Shown piece after piece: positions 18,775-25,626 of a DNA stretch of 64,000 bases; the first letter of the stretch is position 1, and each line of letters begins with the position of its first letter. Source of the stretch: an uncultured Actinomycetes bacterium (GTDB lineage: Bacteria; Actinomycetota; Thermoleophilia; Gaiellales; Gaiellaceae); assembly GCA_963733015.1 (NCBI GenBank), contig CAVTBO010000003.1:44635-108634 (forward strand), in the 5' to 3' direction. The notes below the pieces were generated by a model that did no database searches, was not told where the DNA came from, and saw nothing but the letters and a program-made list of their open reading frames with translations. The position numbers and the translations under genes were made by a program.

Positions 18775-20072
18775 GTCCTTCGGTTCAGGATGTTGGTGAT
18801 CTGATTGCTCGCGCGCGTAGCGGCAGCCTGGACACTCGAGCGTCCGGTGAAGATGGACTGGAGCATCGTCTGCAGCGTGCGTGCGTTCTCGACCTGGACC
18901 CAGTTGGGCGCGGTCGGGACGAAGTAGCTGGACTTCGACGCGGCGGCGAAGGGAGCCAGCTGTGGGTTCCGTGCGTGGATCGAGGTCAGGGTCGTCGTGT
19001 TGGGGATGACCTTTCCGACCGTCGCGAGCTGACGCATCTGCGCGTTGTTCGTGAAGGCCCTGATCCACTCGTAGGCGAGCGACTTGTTCCGGCTCGTGAC
19101 GGGCACGGCCAGGTCAGAGCCGCCGAGGAAGGCAGGCATGTACTTGCCCTTGATGTGGCTCGGCATCGGATAGGCGCCCATCTTCTTGGCGAGGGACGGG
19201 TTTCCGACCTTCTTGTCGAGCGCGTAGGGCCACTCCCAGCCGTTGCCGATGAACGAGCCGACACGGCCCTTGGAGAAGACGAGCGCCTGCTGCGGGTTCG
19301 CCTCGTCACCGGTCTTGTTCGCGCGCGAGAGCGAGCCGACGACCGACTTGAGCTTCGTCAGCCCCTGAATCGCCTGCGGCGAGTTCAGGGTGCCCACCCA
19401 CCGGCCGTTCCGGAGCTCGGCGATCTTCCCGCCGTAGTCGTAGACGAACGACATGCTGGCCCAGACGTAGCGGCCCGGGAAGTAGAGCGCCGAGTAGTTG
19501 CGCTGCTTTCCGTACTTCTTGATCAGCTTGGTGCCGGCAGCCTGGAACTCGGCGAGGCTCTTCGGCGTCGACCTGATTCCCGCGGCCTTGTACTGGTCCT
19601 TGCGGTAGATGACGGCACGGGCGCCGGCGTAATACGGCACGCAGTAGAGCCGGCCCCTGTACGTGCAGGAGTCCGTGAGCGCGCCCAGCCAGGTGCGCGA
19701 GTTCGGGAAGCTGCCCTTCGACGTGGTGATGTCCTGCAGGAGGCGGGCGGCCATGTAGCGCGTCGTCTCGGTGTTCCCGAGCTCGATCACGTCCGGGGCC
19801 GTTCCGCCGGCCAGCGAGGCGTCGAACTTCGTGAGGTGGTCACCCCACGTCTGGTACTGAACGTCGACGTCGACGTCACTGTGGCGAGCCTTGAAGGCCT
19901 GGTTCGTCGCCGCGACGACGGAGGGCCAGCTCGACTCGGCGTCATTCTGGAGCCAGATCACGATCTTGGTGGCGGTCTGGCGGTCGGGGCTCGTCGTGCC
20001 GGCGGCGGCAGTCATGGCCGAAACGGTGAGTGCCGCAACGAGCGCGAGGGCTCCGATGTAGCGTCGTCTCAT
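18771..20072 (-). CDS. extracellular solute-binding protein (family 1), sugar/oligosaccharide specific
   Basis: Signal peptide MRRRYIGALALVAALTVSAMTAAAG; 433 aa; first gene of SBP-permease-permease-nagZ operon. Confidence 0.85.
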   Translation of the reverse strand: MRRRYIGALALVAALTVSAMTAAAGTTSPDRQTATKIVIWLQNDAESSWPSVVAATNQAFKARHSDVDVDVQYQTWGDHLTKFDASLAGGTAPDVIELGNTETTRYMAARLLQDITTSKGSFPNSRTWLGALTDSCTYRGRLYCVPYYAGARAVIYRKDQYKAAGIRSTPKSLAEFQAAGTKLIKKYGKQRNYSALYFPGRYVWASMSFVYDYGGKIAELRNGRWVGTLNSPQAIQGLTKLKSVVGSLSRANKTGDEANPQQALVFSKGRVGSFIGNGWEWPYALDKKVGNPSLAKKMGAYPMPSHIKGKYMPAFLGGSDLAVPVTSRNKSLAYEWIRAFTNNAQMRQLATVGKVIPNTTTLTSIHARNPQLAPFAAASKSSYFVPTAPNWVQVENARTLQTMLQSIFTGRSSVQAAATRASNQITNILNRRT

Positions 20073-20156
20073 AGAGATACCCCCAGAGCGATGCGGCGGC
20101 CGAGAACCCGATTCGACTGATCCGTGGCCTGACGGGTCATGATCGACGGGCCGCCA

Positions 20157-20172
20157 ATTGGTTTATACCACT
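20157..20172. promoter_or_regulatory. HutC/DasR-type operator-like site (ATTGGTTTATACCACT)
   Basis: TGGT-N4-ACCA inverted repeat in AT-rich island upstream of SBP gene. Confidence 0.5.
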
Positions 20173-20188
20173 TGGCCACAGTCGGGAG

Positions 20189-20204
20189 ATTGGCATAAAC
20201 CACA
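20189..20204. promoter_or_regulatory. HutC/DasR-type operator-like site (ATTGGCATAAACCACA)
   Basis: Second near-identical site 32 bp from the first; on minus strand lies just downstream of a TTGACA hexamer (20216-20211). Confidence 0.5.
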
Positions 20205-20212
20205 TCTCGTTG

Positions 20213-20956
20213 TCAAGACCCTGCGGCGGCGAGGCCCGGCGACGTCTGGCGGGCCTGTTGTGGCCTCGTCAGGTCGCTCACCAGACGATAACGATCTCCG
20301 CGGTAGATCGAGCGGACGTACTCGACGATCTCGCCTTCGTTCGAGCGCGTCGTGCGCTCGAACAGGAACGCCGGCGAGTGCAGCGGGACGCCGAGCGCGT
20401 CGGATTCGTCCTCGTTCGTCACCGTCGGCTCGATCGCCTGGGTCCCGCCGACGACGACGACCCCGAACCTGTCCTCCAGCAGCTCGTAGAAGGAGTGCTC
20501 CTCGAGGTCGGCGGCGGTCAGGCCCGGGACGAGCGACTCACGGACGTGAAGCGTCTCCATCGCCATCGTCTCGCGATCCGCGTAGCGCAGCCGCGTCACG
20601 ACGACGACCGGCTCCGACGGCGAGACGTGGAGCAGACGCCCGAGGCGTGCGCCCGCGGGAATGACCTTCAGGTCGACGGTGCGGCTCGAAGGCTCCATCC
20701 CGCGGCGCCGCATGTCCTCGGTGAAGGACGTCATCGTCAGCTCCTGGGCGATCTTCGGCTCGCTGACGAAGGTTCCGGCGCCGCGACGGCGCACGAGATA
20801 CCCCTCCCGCACGAGGTCGTCCAGGGCAGCCCGAACCGTCAGGCGCGAGAAACCGAGGTCGACGCTGAGCTGGCGCTCGGACGGGATCGCCTCGCCGATG
20901 CCCAGGCGCTCGATCAGGTCGAGGACGCGCTCCCTCGCCTCGCCTTGCTTCGTCAT
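20213..20956 (-). CDS. GntR-family transcriptional repressor, HutC/DasR-like (UTRA effector domain)
   Basis: ATG 20956 in ATGA overlap with ATPase stop; HTH AIPSERQLSVDLGFSRLTVRAALDDLVREGYLVRRRGAGTFV. Confidence 0.85.
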   Translation of the reverse strand: MTKQGEARERVLDLIERLGIGEAIPSERQLSVDLGFSRLTVRAALDDLVREGYLVRRRGAGTFVSEPKIAQELTMTSFTEDMRRRGMEPSSRTVDLKVIPAGARLGRLLHVSPSEPVVVVTRLRYADRETMAMETLHVRESLVPGLTAADLEEHSFYELLEDRFGVVVVGGTQAIEPTVTNEDESDALGVPLHSPAFLFERTTRSNEGEIVEYVRSIYRGDRYRLVSDLTRPQQARQTSPGLAAAGS

Positions 20957-22131
20957 GCGCCTGCCACGGCCACAGCCGCCTGCTGCGGCTCCAGAAGCAG
21001 GCTGGCGCCCGTCTCGGAGTCGAAGAAGTGGAAGCGGGACGGATCGACTGCGAGCAGCATCCGGTCGCCCACTCGTGCGCGCGTCCGCGGATCGACGCGG
21101 GCGCTGAACAGCGCCGTCGAGTCGGCGATGAGCGTGGCGTCGTCCTTGCCCTCGAGCGCCTCGGCCGTCACCTGGGGCGCGTTCACGCGGAAGAACACGT
21201 TCGCGTCGGCGCCGAGCTCTTCGAGGACGGCGACCTCGAGGTCGATCGTGGGCAGCTCTCGAGGCGCGAACGAGGCGTCTTCGAAGCTCTCGGGGCGGAT
21301 GCCGAGGATGATGTCGCGGTTCGTACCAACCGGCCGCCGCGCCGCGTCGAGCGGCACGCGGTACTGACCGAAGACGAGCTCGTTGCCGTCGATTCGAGCC
21401 TCCACGAGATTCATCGCCGGCGAGCCGATGAACGCGGCGACGAAGAGATCCTTCGGCTGCTCGTAGAGCTTCTGCGGCCTGTCGTTTTGGAGAATCCTGC
21501 CCTCGCGCATCACCGCAACACGCTGGCCGAGCGTCATCGCCTCGGTCTGGTCGTGCGTGACGTAGACGGTCGTGACGCCAAGGCGCTGATGGAGCTCGGA
21601 GAGTGAGGCGCGAACGCCGACTCGCAGCTTCGCGTCGAGATTGGAGAGCGGCTCGTCCATCAGGAAGGCGCTCGGCTCGCGCACGATGGCGCGGCCCATC
21701 GCGACACGCTGTCGCTGGCCCCCCGAGAGCTGGGCCGGACGGCGCTCGAGCAGCTCCTCCAGCCCGAGCATTGCCGCAACTTCCTCGACGCGGCGCCGAG
21801 CTTCTGGACGCGGAACCCGGCGGACCTTCAGTCCGTAGCCGAGGTTCTTGCGCACGCTCATGTGCGGGTAGAGCGCGTAGTTCTGGAAGACCATCGCGAC
21901 GTCGCGCCGCCTCGGTGGCGCATCCGTGACGTCCTTGCCGCCGATCTCGATCCGGCCGTTCGTCACGTCTTCCAGACCCGCGATCGTGCGCAGGAGCGTC
22001 GTCTTCGAGCAACCGGACGGGCCGACGAGCACGAGGAACTCCCCGTCGGCGACCTCGAGGTCGAGGCTGCGGATCGCGCAGAAGCCGCTGGAGAAGACCT
22101 TGGTGATGCCCTCGAGCCGGATGTCCGCCAT
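20953..22131 (-). CDS. sugar ABC transporter ATP-binding protein (MsiK/MalK/UgpC-like)
   Basis: ATG 22131; Walker [36 protein letters not shown]-terminal TOBE-like part. Confidence 0.9.
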   Translation of the reverse strand: MADIRLEGITKVFSSGFCAIRSLDLEVADGEFLVLVGPSGCSKTTLLRTIAGLEDVTNGRIEIGGKDVTDAPPRRRDVAMVFQNYALYPHMSVRKNLGYGLKVRRVPRPEARRRVEEVAAMLGLEELLERRPAQLSGGQRQRVAMGRAIVREPSAFLMDEPLSNLDAKLRVGVRASLSELHQRLGVTTVYVTHDQTEAMTLGQRVAVMREGRILQNDRPQKLYEQPKDLFVAAFIGSPAMNLVEARIDGNELVFGQYRVPLDAARRPVGTNRDIILGIRPESFEDASFAPRELPTIDLEVAVLEELGADANVFFRVNAPQVTAEALEGKDDATLIADSTALFSARVDPRTRARVGDRMLLAVDPSRFHFFDSETGASLLLEPQQAAVAVAGA

Positions 22132-22172
22132 GGCGTCGGCCGACAATACCACTCGCAACGGCGGAACTGAAA

Positions 22173-22188
22173 AATGGTATTGACCACC
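22173..22188. promoter_or_regulatory. HutC/DasR-type operator-like site (AATGGTATTGACCACC)
   Basis: TGGT-N4-ACCA in the 59-bp divergent region between the ATPase-repressor operon and murQ; imperfect inverted partner GACAATACCA at 22142-22151. Confidence 0.5.
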
Positions 22189-22190
22189 TG

Positions 22191-23081
22191 ATGGTCGCGG
22201 GCGTACACTCAGCTCACTTGAAGGACGGCGCCGGGATCGAGTACGACCTGCGGACGACCGCCGAGCTGGTTGACCTGATCAACCGGCAGGACCTCGCCGT
22301 CCCCTCCGCCGTGCGCCTGGCGGCACCTGCGATCGAACAGGCCGTCGACTCGATCGTGGAGCGACTGGCGCAGGGCGGGCGGCTCATCTACGTCGGCGCC
22401 GGCTCCTCCGGCCGGCTCGCAGAGCTGGACGCGTTCGAGTGTGCGGCGACGTTCGGAGTTCAGGAGGAAGAGATCCTCGCGGTCGTCGCGGCCGGCCTGG
22501 CCGCCGCACCGCTCGAGGCCGCCGCGGCGGAGGACGACGAGCAGGCCGGCGCGGCCGACGTCCTCGCCTTGACGCTGTCAGAGGCCGACGTCGTCGTCGG
22601 AGTGAGCGCCAGCGGCGAGACGCGGTACGTCTCGGGCGCGCTCTCAGCCGCCTCGCGGGCCGGCGCCTTGACCGTCGCGCTGGTCTGCACCACCGGCTCC
22701 GAGCTCGCGGCGCTCGCCGACCAGGCGATCGAGGTGTCCGTCGGACCGGAGCTCATTTCCGGCTCGACGAGGCTCAAGGCCGGCACCGCGCAGAAGCTCG
22801 TCCTGAACACGATCTCGACGGTCGCGATGATCCGGCTCGGGCGGACGTTCGGGGACCTCATGGTCGGTGTCGCCCCCGCGAACGCAAAGCTCCGCGACCG
22901 CCTGCGACGGGTCGTCGCTGCCGCGACCGGCGCACCCGAAGACCGCGTCGACGAGGCGCTCGAGGCCTCGGGCGGCGACGGGAAGGTCGCCGTCGTCTCG
23001 CTCCTCGCCGGCGTCGACACGGAGACCGCGGTCGCGCGCCTGCGCGACGCGAACGGGAACGTCCGGCAGGCCGCCCAGTGA
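22191..23081 (+). CDS. murQ: N-acetylmuramic acid 6-phosphate etherase
   Basis: SIS-domain protein with GGRLIYVGAGSSGRL and ISGSTRLKAGTAQKLVLN motifs; start codon uncertain (operator ends 5 nt before ATG). Confidence 0.8.
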   Translation: MVAGVHSAHLKDGAGIEYDLRTTAELVDLINRQDLAVPSAVRLAAPAIEQAVDSIVERLAQGGRLIYVGAGSSGRLAELDAFECAATFGVQEEEILAVVAAGLAAAPLEAAAAEDDEQAGAADVLALTLSEADVVVGVSASGETRYVSGALSAASRAGALTVALVCTTGSELAALADQAIEVSVGPELISGSTRLKAGTAQKLVLNTISTVAMIRLGRTFGDLMVGVAPANAKLRDRLRRVVAAATGAPEDRVDEALEASGGDGKVAVVSLLAGVDTETAVARLRDANGNVRQAAQ

Positions 23082-24169
23082 GGCTCGGCGTCGAGGCAGC
23101 CCTCGTCGACGGGCGACTCGTCCCGGGCGACCTGGAGATCGTCGACGGCCACATCGGCCGCCACGGATTGGCCGGCCGCAACGGACGCGGGATCGCCTCG
23201 CCGGGGTTCGTCGACATCCAGGTCAACGGCTTCGGAGGCGTGGACTTCCTGGACGCTGACAACGACGGCTACCAGCGTGCGGGGGAAGCGCTCCTCGAGA
23301 CCGGAGTCACCGCCTACCTCCCCACCTTCATCACCGCACCCGAAGAGCAGCTTCAGGCAGCACTTCGAGAGGTCCCCGTCCAGACCAACGGTGGGCCACG
23401 CATCCTCGGTGTCCACGTGGAAGGGCCGTTTCTCGCCCCGAAGCGCCTCGGCACGCATCCTCCCCTGGCGCGCCGAGACCCCGATCCGGCCTTGCTCGAG
23501 CGCCTGCTCGACTCGGATCGGATCCGAATGGTGACCGTCGCCCCGGAGCTCCCGGGGGCCGATTCCCTCATCGGCCTCCTGCTCCGGCGCGGCGTCACCG
23601 TCTCGCTCGGACACTCGGACGCGACGGCGGAGGAGGCAAACGCCGCCTTCGACGCCGGCGTGCGGACGGTCACACACCTCTTCAACGCGATGCGGCCGTT
23701 CGGCCACCGCGACCCGGGCATCGCCGGGGCCGCACTCGCCCGCCCGGACGTCGTCGTCCAGATCATCCTCGACCGGATCCACCTGGCGGCCGAGACGGCG
23801 AAGCTCGTCTGGAGCGCCGCGGCGGGGCGGGTCGCGCTGGTCACGGACGCCGTCGCGGGAGCGGGCCTGGACGACGGCTTGTACAGCCTCGGCGGGTTCG
23901 AGGTGAAGATTCGCGACGGCGTCGCGCGGGGCCCCGACGGCGTGCTCGCCGGGAGCTCACTGACCATGATCGAAGCCGTCCGGAACCTGCACGCGCTCGG
24001 CGTCCCGCTCGGCAGCGCGCTCGACGCCGCATCGTCCGTGCCTGCCCGCGTGATCGGCGAGCATGCCGGCGGTCTCGTCGCAGGCTCCCCCGCGGACGTG
24101 ACGGTCGTGGACGACAACCTCGCGGTGGAACGCGTGCTCGTCGGAGGACGAGAACGTGTCGTTGCCTGA
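23078..24169 (+). CDS. nagA: N-acetylglucosamine-6-phosphate deacetylase
   Basis: GTG 23078 in GTGA overlap with murQ stop; GFVDIQVNGFGG, GVHVEGPF, HLFNAM motifs. Confidence 0.85.
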   Translation: MRLGVEAALVDGRLVPGDLEIVDGHIGRHGLAGRNGRGIASPGFVDIQVNGFGGVDFLDADNDGYQRAGEALLETGVTAYLPTFITAPEEQLQAALREVPVQTNGGPRILGVHVEGPFLAPKRLGTHPPLARRDPDPALLERLLDSDRIRMVTVAPELPGADSLIGLLLRRGVTVSLGHSDATAEEANAAFDAGVRTVTHLFNAMRPFGHRDPGIAGAALARPDVVVQIILDRIHLAAETAKLVWSAAAGRVALVTDAVAGAGLDDGLYSLGGFEVKIRDGVARGPDGVLAGSSLTMIEAVRNLHALGVPLGSALDAASSVPARVIGEHAGGLVAGSPADVTVVDDNLAVERVLVGGRERVVA

Positions 24170-25250
24170 GCCCGAGCTCGAGCCCGAGCCGGAGCCGGCA
24201 GCCCCTGAGAGCGGCGCGACGTTTCTCGCAGAGATCCGGGAGCAGCCCGCTGCGCTGAACCGGCTCCTCGAGCGCCGGGAAGACTTTCATCGCGTCGCGG
24301 CGTTGATGCACGCCCGCGGCGCGCGCACGATCAGGATCGTGGGGCACGGCTCGTCGGACAACGCCGCGTCCTTCGGCGTCTACGCGTTCGGCCTGAGCCC
24401 ACGCTGGACCGCGTTCCGCGACTCGATCTCGCTCACCGTCCACTACGGGACCCGCCTCGACTTCAGCGGCTCGACCGTGCTCGCCCTCTCTCAGTCCGGC
24501 CGAACCCCCGACGTCCTCGAGTACGTCGAGCGCTCCCGCGCGGCGGGTGCCTTGACGGTGGCGCTCACCAACGACCCCGGCTCAGAGCTCGCGACGGCGG
24601 CCGAGGCCGTCCTGCCGCTCGAAGCCGGGAGCGAGCGGGCGGTCGCCGCAACCAAGACGTACCTGAACCAGATCGCGGCGCTCCTGCTCCTCGCCGCCCA
24701 CGTCGCCGGGACGGAGCGCCGCTACGCCGGCGGCATCCGGCTCGTCTCGGAGGAGCTGGAAGGGCTCATCCCCGACCTGGAGCGACGGGTCGTCCCGCTC
24801 GCCGCGTCCTTCGCCTTCACGGGACGGATGTTCGTCATCGGCCGAGGGGCCGAGTTCGCGACTGCTCGCGAGATCGCCCTCAAGCTCCTCGAGACGACGA
24901 GGATCGCCGCCGAGCCGCTGACGGCGACCGACCTCGCGCACGGCCCGGTAGCTGCCCTCGACCCGCTCTTTCCCGTCTGGGCCGTAGCCTCGGCCGACGA
25001 GACCCTTCCGGCCCTCCTCGAGGCGGCGGAGCGCATCCGCGCGACCGGCGCCGCGCTGATCGCGAGCGGGAGCGCCGCCGGCCGGCTCGACGCCGAGTAC
25101 TCCCTCCCGATTCCCGATCTGGGATCGCGGCTGCTCAGCCCCCTGCTGTCGGTCGTCCCGGGCCAGCTCTTCGCGTGGGCGCTCGCCCGCGCCAAGGGCC
25201 TCGACCCGGACACGCCGCGGGGGCTCAGCAAGGTCACGCTCGCCCGCTGA
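24156..25250 (+). CDS. SIS-domain sugar isomerase/deaminase (GlmS isomerase-domain-like, NagB-II type)
   Basis: GTG 24156; two SIS repeats (VGHGSSDNAA, LSQSGRTPD, AATKTY); no glutaminase domain. Confidence 0.75.
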   Translation: MSLPEPELEPEPEPAAPESGATFLAEIREQPAALNRLLERREDFHRVAALMHARGARTIRIVGHGSSDNAASFGVYAFGLSPRWTAFRDSISLTVHYGTRLDFSGSTVLALSQSGRTPDVLEYVERSRAAGALTVALTNDPGSELATAAEAVLPLEAGSERAVAATKTYLNQIAALLLLAAHVAGTERRYAGGIRLVSEELEGLIPDLERRVVPLAASFAFTGRMFVIGRGAEFATAREIALKLLETTRIAAEPLTATDLAHGPVAALDPLFPVWAVASADETLPALLEAAERIRATGAALIASGSAAGRLDAEYSLPIPDLGSRLLSPLLSVVPGQLFAWALARAKGLDPDTPRGLSKVTLAR

Positions 25251-25252
25251 GG

Positions 25253-25292
25253 GCGTTTTCGAAACGCGAAGCCGGGAACGATTTTCGAAACG
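25253..25292. repeat. two direct copies of TTTTCGAAACG (each containing palindrome TTTCGAAA), 26 bp apart
   Basis: 25256-25266 and 25282-25292, directly upstream of RBS GAGGAGG (25297-25303) of the Lys-rich ORF. Confidence 0.7.
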
Positions 25293-25308
25293 ACTCGAGG
25301 AGGCTTCG

Positions 25309-25545
25309 ATGCCCAGCAAGCGAGCCAACGTCAAGAACGAGAAGCAGTACGAGAAGCTCAAGGAGAAGGGGATGTCGAAGGAGCGCGCGGCGAAGATCGC
25401 CAACTCGCCGGGCGCGTCGAGCCGCGGCGGGAAGAAGTCCGGCTCGGGATCGAGCTCCCGCTCGAACGCCAGCCAGGGCGGCACGACGGCCCAGAAGAAG
25501 GCCGCAGGCCGCAAGGGCGGCAAGGCGACCGCGCGCAAGAGCTAA
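25309..25545 (+). CDS. small Lys/Ser/Gly-rich basic protein (DUF7218-like N-terminus, tentative)
   Basis: Strong RBS GAGGAGG 5 nt before ATG; MPSKRANVKNEKQYEKLKEKGMSKERAAKIANSPGASSRGGKK... Confidence 0.6.
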   Translation: MPSKRANVKNEKQYEKLKEKGMSKERAAKIANSPGASSRGGKKSGSGSSSRSNASQGGTTAQKKAAGRKGGKATARKS

Positions 25546-25550
25546 CCGGC

Positions 25551-25571
25551 CAAGTAACAACTTGTTACTTG
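25551..25571. repeat. AT-rich palindrome P1: CAAGTAACAA-C-TTGTTACTTG
   Basis: Perfect 10+1+10 palindrome, 7/21 G+C, starts 5 nt after the TAA at 25543-25545. Confidence 0.9.
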
Positions 25572-25573
25572 CT

Positions 25574-25604
25574 CCCCGACGCCCTCAACCTGGGACGTTC
25601 GGGG
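25574..25604. terminator. GC-rich stem-loop between convergent genes (possible bidirectional terminator, no U-tract)
   Basis: CCCCGA(25574-25579)...TCGGGG(25599-25604) with additional inner pairing. Confidence 0.4.
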
Positions 25605-25607
25605 GGT

Positions 25608-25626
25608 TAGTGACAACTTGTTACTA
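25608..25626. repeat. AT-rich palindrome P2 (degenerate): TAGTGACAA-C-TTGTTACTA
   Basis: 8 of 9 arm pairs; overlaps the TAG stop (25624-25626) of the minus-strand FAD oxidoreductase gene. Confidence 0.8.

Noticed and set aside
25253-25292. TTTTCGAAACG boxes as actinobacterial LexA SOS boxes (TCGAAC-N4-GTTCGA)
   Set aside because: Only the TCGAA half is present, and no GTTCGA follows at the right spacing in either copy.
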